This document shows, in pieces, positions 8,784 through 16,910 of a stretch of 20,000 nt of DNA; the stretch's first letter is position 1, and every line of letters starts with the position of its first letter. The DNA comes from an uncultured virus (IMG/VR IMGVR_UViG_2786546901_000002) (Duplodnaviria; Heunggongvirae; Uroviricota; Caudoviricetes). Below the pieces are notes generated by a model that was given only the letters and a program-made list of their open reading frames with translations, did no database searches and was not told where the DNA came from. The translations under genes were made by a program, and so were the position numbers. Location: IMG/VR virus record IMGVR_UViG_2786546901_000002; one strand, 5' to 3'.

Positions 8784-9027
8784 ACGCTATCCCGACGGAC
8801 AGGTCATCGCCCTGTTCCCGGACATACCGTGGAGCGGACGGCGGGGTGAAATAACCTCCTACATGCATGTCGGCCAGCATGGCGCAGCCGACTATGCGGG
8901 CGTGATCGCCATGACACGGCCAGCCCATGAAAAGGAGTACCGCAACCCGCTTTCCGAACTGAGAGCCATCGGTTACGATGACCTACACATCATGCGGCGT
9001 GCAAGACCGAAATTCATAAACAGCTAA
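8764..9027 (+). CDS. Small phage-type hypothetical protein (87 aa; start MTKVVFRR)
   Basis: The VVFR...G.VIALFP...SYMHVGQHG...EY..EL..IGY pattern recalls a family common in phages and mobile elements. Overlaps the previous gene by 20 nt. Confidence 0.8.
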   Translation: MTKVVFRRYPDGQVIALFPDIPWSGRRGEITSYMHVGQHGAADYAGVIAMTRPAHEKEYRNPLSELRAIGYDDLHIMRRARPKFINS

Positions 9028-9038
9028 AAACAAATCTT

Positions 9039-9542
9039 ATGTCTCATAAACCGAATGCCGTTCCTGTCTTGCAGGAGGGAACGGTCTATACAATTATACT
9101 TGACAACGGACGAAAGGTCCACGACGTAATCTATCATGCCTGTGTCGCCTCCGGCAAGTCGTATTTCGCCAAAGGCGATAAGACCTATCCCGCCGAAAAG
9201 GTGCGGAACCATTCAATCACCGGACATGCCGCATCGGACGGCTCTAGAAGGAACGGCACACCCAATCCCGACCGCTTCGCCATCACGGATGAAGTGTGCG
9301 AGGTCGTTGATGTAGTTACCACGCCGGAAACCAATCCGGAAATGTTCCGGTGTCGTGTCAAATGCCTGATGTATTCAGGCCTGTCACAAGCCGAGGCTGA
9401 GAAAGTCATCGCTTCAACGCCACTAAAGCTGGAACTCTTCTACGACGTAGGCCGTGGCAGTTTCGCTATTGACGCCGAGGCAGTTGGCAACACACCGCTG
9501 TATAATCCTTACACGGGAAAGGAAATCCCGGATGAAACCTAA
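9039..9542 (+). CDS. Hypothetical protein (167 aa)
   Basis: ORF with an A-rich leader, tightly packed in the array. Confidence 0.8.
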   Translation: MSHKPNAVPVLQEGTVYTIILDNGRKVHDVIYHACVASGKSYFAKGDKTYPAEKVRNHSITGHAASDGSRRNGTPNPDRFAITDEVCEVVDVVTTPETNPEMFRCRVKCLMYSGLSQAEAEKVIASTPLKLELFYDVGRGSFAIDAEAVGNTPLYNPYTGKEIPDET

Positions 9543-9559
9543 GCCGAACTACATCGAAT

Positions 9560-10264
9560 ATGAGAGAACTATATATCAAGAATCTCTGCATCGAGATTAC
9601 CCGACGTTGCAACATGCGCTGTACCCATTGCATGCGGGGAGATGCCGAATCCGTGGATATCCCTTTGAAACATATAAGCAACCTGCTGCGGCATGTCAGG
9701 CATATTCACCATTTCAACATCACGGGCGGCGAGCCGTCGCTTAACGTCCGGGCCATCCGCCATATCCTCGAACGGGTACGCGCCTACGGTATTACTGTCA
9801 ATGACTTTTATATCGTAACCAACGGCTCTGCCACATCCCGTTCGGAGGAATTCATAGAAGCCTGCGCCGCACTGTACGAGTACCAGGAGGAAAAGGAACA
9901 GGACTCCGGCCACATGCTCGAAATGAGCGACGACCGCTTCCATGATCCGGCAGAGCATGCCGCCACGCTCGCGGCACTTTCCCCGTATCCCTTTTTCGGA
10001 GTCCGGGGACAGGCCGAGCGTATCTTCCTTTTCCGGGAAGGCCGCAGCACGGAGGGGTTTCCGAACCCTGTTCATGGGATTTATCTTACGGAGGAGAACT
10101 ACGTTTACGGCGACCTCTGTCTCAATGCTGAAGGCATGGTTCTCTCCAACGGGGACCTGAGTTATGCCCGCCAACGGGAACATGCCCTGTGTCCCTGCGG
10201 GAAACTGATGCAATATCTCCGGATGACCTTGAAAAAGCGTCAAAAAGAAAGATTGTACGAATAA
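9560..10264 (+). CDS. Radical SAM protein (234 aa)
   Basis: CxxxCxxC (EITRRCNMRCTHC), GGE motif (ITGGEPSL) and VTNG. Confidence 0.92.
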   Translation: MRELYIKNLCIEITRRCNMRCTHCMRGDAESVDIPLKHISNLLRHVRHIHHFNITGGEPSLNVRAIRHILERVRAYGITVNDFYIVTNGSATSRSEEFIEACAALYEYQEEKEQDSGHMLEMSDDRFHDPAEHAATLAALSPYPFFGVRGQAERIFLFREGRSTEGFPNPVHGIYLTEENYVYGDLCLNAEGMVLSNGDLSYARQREHALCPCGKLMQYLRMTLKKRQKERLYE

Positions 10265-10284
10265 ATACACAAATCAAAAAACTT

Positions 10285-11187
10285 ATGTCAATCGTATGCA
10301 GTATCTGCGGCGGCACTGGAGTGAAATGTACCGCCGTCATCGACCCGAACACCAGACAGTTCCTCGAATTTACCCGCAACGCCTTGTCGGACGGCCGGTG
10401 CAGCCAGTGCGGCAACGTTGCCCTGACCGACCCTGACGAAGTAAAAGCCGGGCTGGACAAGCTTTGGACGGAATATACGGCGCGGCATCGTGCCGCCCCC
10501 AACTACACCTGCTGCGACATTGTCCGGCATGGTGATTACGACGGGTGTGAAAAGGCGTATATCCGCATCGGAGGCCCGTCAGACGTGGTCGAGAAGTATC
10601 CGGTCGTGGCCGTGTGCCGCGACCTCGAAGAGCTCAAATCACTTGCACTCCCTGACCCGACGCGAGAATTTACCCTCATGGGAATTCAAGGGTTCGAGTT
10701 CCACGACGTGTTGGAAAACAAGACCTACGAGATCGGGGTGGACGACCTGAAAATTCCCGTCACGACGAAAGAGGTGCTGGACTTTTACCCGGCGGAACAT
10801 CGGCTGAAAGAAACGGACATCGAACAATATGCCGCGGCTTACACGGCCCGTATCAAGGCGTACAGGGAGTATACCCGTCAGCTCGACGCCACACTCGTGC
10901 GGCGGCTTCTCGACAAAGAGCGGCTGATGAAAGTCGGCGAGAGCGACGGTTTCCGCTTGAAACTCCATTTCGACTGGTTTGTCATTTTAAAGCGGGAGAA
11001 CGAAAGGATGTACGCGCCTTTCAAATACGCTGTAAATGCTTATTGTCTGGATAATATCCAAACTTTCGACCGTCGTTATGTCACGCTCGAAGATGCCTTG
11101 CTCCACTGCCTGAACGGTTTCAACGAGAACGCGAACATTCCTAACCGTTACAAGTCCATCGGGCATTACCTGTCGGGGAAATCCTGA
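10285..11187 (+). CDS. Hypothetical protein with N-terminal zinc finger (300 aa; start MSIVCSIC)
   Basis: CSIC...CSQC pair. ATG at 10285 follows an A-rich leader, whereas the track's 10189 start overlaps the radical SAM gene. Confidence 0.82.
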   Translation: MSIVCSICGGTGVKCTAVIDPNTRQFLEFTRNALSDGRCSQCGNVALTDPDEVKAGLDKLWTEYTARHRAAPNYTCCDIVRHGDYDGCEKAYIRIGGPSDVVEKYPVVAVCRDLEELKSLALPDPTREFTLMGIQGFEFHDVLENKTYEIGVDDLKIPVTTKEVLDFYPAEHRLKETDIEQYAAAYTARIKAYREYTRQLDATLVRRLLDKERLMKVGESDGFRLKLHFDWFVILKRENERMYAPFKYAVNAYCLDNIQTFDRRYVTLEDALLHCLNGFNENANIPNRYKSIGHYLSGKS

Positions 11188-11288
11188 CGACGGGCAGTGT
11201 ATCGACGGGTTACCGGAGGCCACGGGTGCTTTCCCCTTGACCGGAATACCGTCGGAACAAGTAACAATGTAACCAAAGAATAAAAAAT

Positions 11289-11765
11289 ATGATGAATGAT
11301 TATAAAATCAAGAACATTCTCGAATCCCTGAAAGAGGAGGTCGAGAACGGGAAGGTATCCCTGCGGGAAGCTGCTGTCGAACTTCATAAAGCCGGCTGGA
11401 CGAATTTCATCGACATCGACGCCACGAGGAACCTACTGAAGACCCGGAATGTAACGGGGAACGGAAATGTCCCGGGAGTTTCCGACATGATGGGAAAATA
11501 CCGCGAGATGAAAGCGGCGCACCCGGATGCCCTGTACATTTTCCGAAACGGGGAATCTTGTGAATTGTATGAGGATGATGCCATCGCCGCTTCCGGCATT
11601 TTGGGCATTGCCACCGCCGAACGCGTCGACGGGCAAGGGAAAGGCGTCAAGGAACTGCGGTTTTCTTTTCGTGACCTGGACGTGTATCTCCCCAAACTGA
11701 TACGCGCCGGAAACCGGGTGGCTGTCTGCGAACCGAATCAAACCGGTTCGGGCAAACGAGTTTGA
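11289..11765 (+). CDS. Stand-alone MutS domain I protein with N-terminal extension (158 aa)
   Basis: MMGKYREMKAAHPDALYIFRNGESCELYEDDA...LDVYLPKLIRAGNRVAVCE aligns with MutS domain I. No ATPase domain. Confidence 0.85.
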   Translation: MMNDYKIKNILESLKEEVENGKVSLREAAVELHKAGWTNFIDIDATRNLLKTRNVTGNGNVPGVSDMMGKYREMKAAHPDALYIFRNGESCELYEDDAIAASGILGIATAERVDGQGKGVKELRFSFRDLDVYLPKLIRAGNRVAVCEPNQTGSGKRV

Positions 11766-11803
11766 TAACCATTAAATAACAAATATTCAAAACCCAAAGA
11801 CAC

Positions 11804-12250
11804 ATGATAAAGATAACAACGATTTTCGGCGAGGACGCCGTACGGGAATATGAAGAGAACAATGAACTGCCTTCTGAAGAATGGCTGGCGGATAACGGGG
11901 GCGTCGTGGACGAGAAAGAGTTCGAGACTGAGGCGGAGTACAATGCCTACATCGCCGGGGTAAACGATGCCGACGGATGGAGTGATTATCATATCATACG
12001 CCACCGGTCGGAAGAGGCGGACACCTCGAGAGAGGAAAATCTCTGGCTACGTCTCGGAATTAGCGTCCGGGGCAGCCGGGAGGACATCGAAAGGATTCTA
12101 AACGGGGACACCGAAACCCTTCGGAAACTGCTCGATGCCGGACGTTATGGGATTGGCGGAGAGACCTATGTCCCTGGTTCGACCGTCGAGGGGTACAACG
12201 AGGACCACGACACGGAGTTCGAGGAGGAAGACGTGGAGTTCCATTTATAA
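11804..12250 (+). CDS. Acidic hypothetical protein (148 aa)
   Basis: About 40 D/E by manual count. N-terminal domain is paralogous to that of the next gene (FETEAEY.AY). Confidence 0.85.
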   Translation: MIKITTIFGEDAVREYEENNELPSEEWLADNGGVVDEKEFETEAEYNAYIAGVNDADGWSDYHIIRHRSEEADTSREENLWLRLGISVRGSREDIERILNGDTETLRKLLDAGRYGIGGETYVPGSTVEGYNEDHDTEFEEEDVEFHL

Positions 12251-12272
12251 TAAAACCACACCATCTGCAATA

Positions 12273-12779
12273 ATGATAACAGTAAAAGTTCTACTCGGTA
12301 AGGATACTGTAAGCATATACAGGAAAACCGGGGATATCTCGTCGGTGGAGAGCACGGCCGAATCCGGGGGATATGTGATAACCCGACATTTCGAGACCGA
12401 AGCTGAATACAAAGCCTACGCAATGGCTGTGGAAGACCTGGACGGACATGAAGACTGGCAGATGCTGACTCCTGCCGTTACGCCGGAAGCTCCGTTCCGC
12501 AAAGGGGAATTTGTCCGGCTGACAGACGATGCAATTAAGCGGATACGTGAAAGTTTCGGGGACGGACCGGCTGACTACAGAAAGGAAATGATTTTGGAGG
12601 TGATTGCCTGGTGCCGCTATGAAGGCACATGGATCATTGAAGTCCGAGATATCCGTGAAGACGATACTCAGGAGTTCGATGCCGTTTTTCTGCGCCCCTT
12701 GACGGCACGGGATCTCGTGGCTATTTCCGCACCCCGACACCCGCTATCCACTGCGATATATCCTATTCACATCCGATAA
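12273..12779 (+). CDS. Hypothetical protein (168 aa; start MITVKVLLG)
   Basis: ATG at 12273 aligns with the start of the upstream paralogue. Confidence 0.85.
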   Translation: MITVKVLLGKDTVSIYRKTGDISSVESTAESGGYVITRHFETEAEYKAYAMAVEDLDGHEDWQMLTPAVTPEAPFRKGEFVRLTDDAIKRIRESFGDGPADYRKEMILEVIAWCRYEGTWIIEVRDIREDDTQEFDAVFLRPLTARDLVAISAPRHPLSTAIYPIHIR

Positions 12780-12791
12780 CTTAAATGATGC

Positions 12792-13385
12792 ATGATGGAA
12801 AATATATTCATACTGCCCGGAAACGAACAGGAACTGTTTAACCGGTATTTAGATAACAACGAATACGGCCCTCTGAAAGAACGGCTGGAACTGGTCAGGA
12901 AAGCCTTGAGCAACAAGCTTTCCCCGGATGAACGCAATAAGCACGGGCTGAACGTGGGTGTGCATGAACTGTCCATGGAACGTAAGGAACTGGAAAGAAA
13001 GATATTCCAAATGGCACTCAAATCCTTTGCAGAACGGGTTTGTGACGAGCAACGCGCTCTTTGCGAACAGGGGTTCTGGCAGGCACCGTGCGGCAAAGAG
13101 GCGGAATATATCTCCTCCGCTCCGGTTCCGGACCTTGTAACGGACGTGAAGCAGTACAAGACCATTTGCCGCTGGTGGGAGAAGCTGTCCGATACCAGGA
13201 GGCTGAAGGTAGCGGCGATGTTTGCAAACGAACTGGGACCGATATACGGGCACGACACCGAAACGCTGGAACGGATTTATAGCCGCTGGTTTCTACTCTC
13301 CTTAGATGGCAAACAACGCATCTACCATTCATGGACCACAAACGAAAAACAGACTTCACCATGCCATACAAAAGCTCGGGAATAA
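12792..13385 (+). CDS. Hypothetical protein (197 aa)
   Basis: ORF in the co-directional array. Confidence 0.82.
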   Translation: MMENIFILPGNEQELFNRYLDNNEYGPLKERLELVRKALSNKLSPDERNKHGLNVGVHELSMERKELERKIFQMALKSFAERVCDEQRALCEQGFWQAPCGKEAEYISSAPVPDLVTDVKQYKTICRWWEKLSDTRRLKVAAMFANELGPIYGHDTETLERIYSRWFLLSLDGKQRIYHSWTTNEKQTSPCHTKARE

Positions 13386-13696
13386 TCATCAGCGGGACAC
13401 AATATGACCGCAGGCAGAAGCTCACTCCTTTTCAGAAGGCTGAAATTTTCCACCGTTACATGACAGAAGCTGTCAGCCAGCGCCAGCTTGCCCGGGAATA
13501 CGGTGTCAGCCGCAGGCTGATAACCTTCATTGTGAACCCAGAAAGCGAAGAGCGGAACAAGGAACTGCTGAGAGAGAACAAGGCAAAAGGCTTGTATAAA
13601 TATGACCGGAAGAAACATACCGAAAATATACGCAACCACCGTCGTTACAAACAGAGATTATTTCAAGAAGGTAAAATCATACTAAAAGATGGATAG
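13361..13696 (+). CDS. Helix-turn-helix DNA-binding protein (111 aa; start MPYKS)
   Basis: KLTPFQKAEIFHRY...SQRQLAREYGVSRRLITFIV is a classic HTH. Basic C-terminus. Confidence 0.82.
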   Translation: MPYKSSGIIISGTQYDRRQKLTPFQKAEIFHRYMTEAVSQRQLAREYGVSRRLITFIVNPESEERNKELLRENKAKGLYKYDRKKHTENIRNHRRYKQRLFQEGKIILKDG

Positions 13697-13699
13697 ACA

Positions 13700-14356
13700 A
13701 TGAGAATACAGGAGAAACAAAAAGCGTTGGAACAGGAAGTTATAGCCAACCTGTGTGCGATACCGAAAATGCCGGAAAATATGTTGCCCCATACGGTATA
13801 TGTCGAGGAGGAAGGGGAAGACGGGTATGGCCACGGGATACCGGTATACACCATGTACCGGTTGGAGGAGATACGCACGGACGGAAGCTGCACGCTTTAC
13901 AACGCGGAAAGCCGGGAGCGTTTCACCTGCCGCCACCTGCATGAGATTAACATGGACTGGCTGGTGACAGTCTGGGAACGTTATCTGGAACTCTGTGTCG
14001 AGCAGGATATCTGGAAAGGGAATGCCGTTGCATTCCTGAAAGACCGTACCGGCAAACCGGAAGAGGAAATCATTTCATTCGTGGAAACCTCGTGGGACAA
14101 ATGCCAGGCTTATACAGACAACCTCAAGGCGTTTCTTGGGGAAGATAAAGACCGGGAAATATGGATATTCTCTTTCCCGCTGGACGAATTTGAACGTGAC
14201 GTTCCGGCCGGGAAAATCATCGTTGATTACGAAAATAACCCCGCAACGCGGGTTGAGAAGATGACACCGCTGGAATTTACGGCCAACATCAATGATGAAT
14301 GTTTTGATGACCGGAACAATTGGGTAAGAGCCATTGAACTTCCCAAGCAGGAATAA
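13700..14356 (+). CDS. Hypothetical protein (218 aa)
   Basis: Starts 3 nt after the previous stop. Confidence 0.85.
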   Translation: MRIQEKQKALEQEVIANLCAIPKMPENMLPHTVYVEEEGEDGYGHGIPVYTMYRLEEIRTDGSCTLYNAESRERFTCRHLHEINMDWLVTVWERYLELCVEQDIWKGNAVAFLKDRTGKPEEEIISFVETSWDKCQAYTDNLKAFLGEDKDREIWIFSFPLDEFERDVPAGKIIVDYENNPATRVEKMTPLEFTANINDECFDDRNNWVRAIELPKQE

Positions 14357-14378
14357 TAAACTATTTGAATCAATAAAT

Positions 14379-14687
14379 ATGATTACAAAAGAAAACATTG
14401 GCAACGAGACCTTTGAGTCTATGACCATCAATGACACGCCTGCATTGTTTACGGATATGCGGATTGACCGGAATGCCGTTCCGGAGGGACTGTACGCATA
14501 CGATATCCGGGAGTCGGATGACGGGGACCGTCTGGCGACCATCGAACCGACGGTGATGGTAAATCATGGCGGAACCATCCTGACCAGGAAAGAGTTTATC
14601 ACGGAAAAGGACGGCTATGTACAGATTGACGAATACGGTTTCGAGGCCTCCATGACACTGGAAGAGTGGCTTGAGGAAAACAATTAA
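14379..14687 (+). CDS. LPD28-like (large polyvalent protein-associated domain 28) protein (102 aa)
   Basis: ALFTDMRIDRNAVPEGLYAYDIRESD...TIEPTVMVNHGGTI matches the LPD28 pattern as I recall it. Confidence 0.78.
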   Translation: MITKENIGNETFESMTINDTPALFTDMRIDRNAVPEGLYAYDIRESDDGDRLATIEPTVMVNHGGTILTRKEFITEKDGYVQIDEYGFEASMTLEEWLEENN

Positions 14688-14700
14688 ATGTATAAAGGAT

Positions 14701-15111
14701 ATGGATATTAAGGAACTGACAGAAAGGTATCAGGATCGTTTCGATGCCCATTACCTGCAAGACGATAACGGAACCGGCAGAAAAGGTCGGAAACGGAAAA
14801 AGGAAGTTGAGACCCCGAATTTTCTCAAGGATGTTATCCGGCCGATCCTGGACACTTTGCCGGACTTGTTGCCGGAGTACGGGTTCACCAAAACTACGGA
14901 TGATTACGCCATGTACGGCGAGTATTACCGTATCAAGGCGGGTATCGTCCTCGTGGGAGGTTTTTCCATCGATGAGGATTTTAACCTGTACTTCACGCCA
15001 TTGTTCCATGGCAAAGCCTGCGGTAAGAGTCACAAAATCGACAGCATCGGACAACTCGTTGAAATCATCCGCGAACAATTTGAAAGAAGGGAGGTGAAGA
15101 TGAAAGGATAG
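14701..15111 (+). CDS. Hypothetical protein (136 aa; start MDIKEL)
   Basis: ATG 13 nt after the previous stop. Contains a basic patch, RKGRKRKK. Confidence 0.8.
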   Translation: MDIKELTERYQDRFDAHYLQDDNGTGRKGRKRKKEVETPNFLKDVIRPILDTLPDLLPEYGFTKTTDDYAMYGEYYRIKAGIVLVGGFSIDEDFNLYFTPLFHGKACGKSHKIDSIGQLVEIIREQFERREVKMKG

Positions 15112-15149
15112 TTTCATGCAATAGACATGGGTCGTTCCGTAATTTATTG

Positions 15150-15157
15150 TATATTTG
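15150..15157 (+). promoter_or_regulatory. Bacteroidetes -7 promoter box
   Basis: TATATTTG matches TAnnTTTG, in the intergenic gap ahead of 15266. The -33 TTTG is not well matched. Confidence 0.55.
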
Positions 15158-15265
15158 TCAGATGAAGAAAGTCTGTATATGTATTTCGGACGAAAGCCCG
15201 GCAGTTGAACGGATTACAGGCACTTTCATGTTTGGCTGACATCAAACCTAATATATCTATTTGAT

Positions 15266-15589
15266 ATGAAAAAGGAAGAGATTATTCGCCGCTGTTACGG
15301 CGGCATGAAGGAAAGGCATGGCGTGGAAACCATCATCCTTTTCCATGTCGGAGATTCATTCGAGGCGTATTTTGATGATGCCGAAACGATTACCCGGATC
15401 ACGGAAGTGCCCCGGTTCAAGATGACGGCGGCAGGTATACCTGCCATCAGGATTTCCGACGCCGCCTTGGAAGAATGTAGAAACCGGTTGCTGGATGCAG
15501 GATGCAAGGTATGCGTGTCCGAGGTCCGGGGGGTATCCGGCCGCCACATTCTCAAAATCAATGAAACAAATACGGAAACGGGCCGATGA
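15266..15589 (+). CDS. Stand-alone MutS domain I protein (107 aa)
   Basis: YGGMKERHGVETIILFHVGDSFEAYFDDA...RLLDAGCKVCVSE aligns with MutS domain I. Confidence 0.82.
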   Translation: MKKEEIIRRCYGGMKERHGVETIILFHVGDSFEAYFDDAETITRITEVPRFKMTAAGIPAIRISDAALEECRNRLLDAGCKVCVSEVRGVSGRHILKINETNTETGR

Positions 15590-16217
15590 ATTGATATTGA
15601 TAGCGGCAGCAATAGGTCCTTGGACACTGTTGGTGGTAGCGGTATTAATCATCGGAACGCTGAAATGCTGTCTGACCACGGACTCGGACAGCATTGACGA
15701 AAGTATCAACAAATCACCGGGGATAGTCGCGCATGTCATGGTACTGGACAGTACGGATAATGGTTTTCGGGTGGTTTATGCGACGGCTGCGCCGGTAACG
15801 GATGAAAGGTTTGCCGAGATATGCGACAGGCCGGGTATTTTGGAGGGGTTCGAGAACCTGAAACGGAAAGCTCCCGAACACTTTGGCGGCAACCTGCTGG
15901 AAACCGACATCTGTGACTTCGCGTTGTACGCCTACCGGTTTCCTATCGATAAGGACGTACGGATACACAATATCTTTGTCGCCGGTAAAGAGAAAATGGA
16001 CTTCTATGTCCGGAACAACCCGGACCTGCCCGGGTGCGCTACATGGATGCACCACGGTACGGAACAAGGGAACCAATATCTGAATGCTGACGATATAAAT
16101 CACTGTATACCCAACGGAAGGCGGATTTACCGTTATTGGAAATGCCGTTATCTACTGCAAACTTCTGATACTGACGAGCGTTTCAGTCATTTTACAGAGG
16201 AGGAAAGGCTGTACTGA
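15561..16217 (+). CDS. Membrane-anchored hypothetical protein (218 aa; start MKQIRKR)
   Basis: Basic N-terminus followed by hydrophobic LILIAAAIGPWTLLVVAVLIIGTL. Overlaps the MutS-I gene by 29 nt. Confidence 0.8.
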   Translation: MKQIRKRADELILIAAAIGPWTLLVVAVLIIGTLKCCLTTDSDSIDESINKSPGIVAHVMVLDSTDNGFRVVYATAAPVTDERFAEICDRPGILEGFENLKRKAPEHFGGNLLETDICDFALYAYRFPIDKDVRIHNIFVAGKEKMDFYVRNNPDLPGCATWMHHGTEQGNQYLNADDINHCIPNGRRIYRYWKCRYLLQTSDTDERFSHFTEEERLY

Positions 16218-16277
16218 ATGCAGCCTTTTCTCTATATATATTACACATAACCATCTGAAAATTAATAACTAAAACGT

Positions 16278-16308
16278 TTTGTTGGCGTGAAAAATTGGCA
16301 TATATTTG
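16278..16308 (+). promoter_or_regulatory. Consensus Bacteroidetes primary-sigma promoter
   Basis: TTTG (16278-16281), 19-nt spacer, TATATTTG (16301-16308): an exact -33/-7 consensus. Confidence 0.8.
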
Positions 16309-16379
16309 TATGGAAAAGTGACCCATTGAAAACAGATTGTCAATTGAAAGCAATAGATTGAATATGAAAGAACAGTAAT

Positions 16380-16910
16380 ATGACATCGGAAAAATCGCAA
16401 CTGAAGTTTGCGAGATCGGAAGAGACGGGCGAACTGATAGGGTTCGTTTCGCGCCATTCCAAGACACGTAAATTGATGGGAGTCCGTGAAGACTCAAGAT
16501 TCGGCAAGCAGATTTGTGTCCTTTCGGAAGACCTGAAAGGAACTCTCGAGCCAAACATACTATACTCGGTAGAGTTGAAACCCATGCACAAAGCCAACGG
16601 GTATGTAGTCGTTGCCGCTACCCCCGTGTTATTTCAGGCGCATGTGGAAACAGTGATCGTCCCGAAGACATTGTATCAAGTAACTGTGACGTTCGGCAAC
16701 AAAAAGATTTTCTTCGACCCGAAAGACGGCAAGAGCGTAATGAGCCGCACAATAGACGGTGTGCTGGAAATCCTCAAGGGACGCAAGGATATCAAGTACA
16801 AGGAAGGTGTCATCACCGACTATCTGAATCAGGCGCGTGCTCTGGTACGACGTATGGAATCCGACGGGTTCATCTATACGGGAGACAGACATCAGGGAGG
16901 AATTCAATGA
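16380..16910 (+). CDS. Hypothetical protein (176 aa), beta-rich N-terminal part
   Basis: First ORF after the promoter. ATGA-coupled to the RNase H gene. Confidence 0.87.
   Translation: MTSEKSQLKFARSEETGELIGFVSRHSKTRKLMGVREDSRFGKQICVLSEDLKGTLEPNILYSVELKPMHKANGYVVVAATPVLFQAHVETVIVPKTLYQVTVTFGNKKIFFDPKDGKSVMSRTIDGVLEILKGRKDIKYKEGVITDYLNQARALVRRMESDGFIYTGDRHQGGIQ

Noticed and set aside
9560..10264. Prokaryotic viperin or RiPP maturase
   Set aside because: Only generic radical SAM motifs are visible. I see no viperin-specific signature, complete SPASM cysteine set or precursor/transporter genes.
11289..15589. Fragmented mutS pseudogene
   Set aside because: Both ORFs correspond to domain I only, are mutually divergent and have clean starts and stops. 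No connector, clamp or ATPase remnants lie nearby.
16514..16906. N-terminal extension of RNase H in the ORF track (likewise extended starts at 6731, 8683, 10189, 12135, 15495)
   Set aside because: The extensions overlap upstream genes in another frame and read as non-protein-like. Downstream ATGs with coupling or A-rich leaders fit better.
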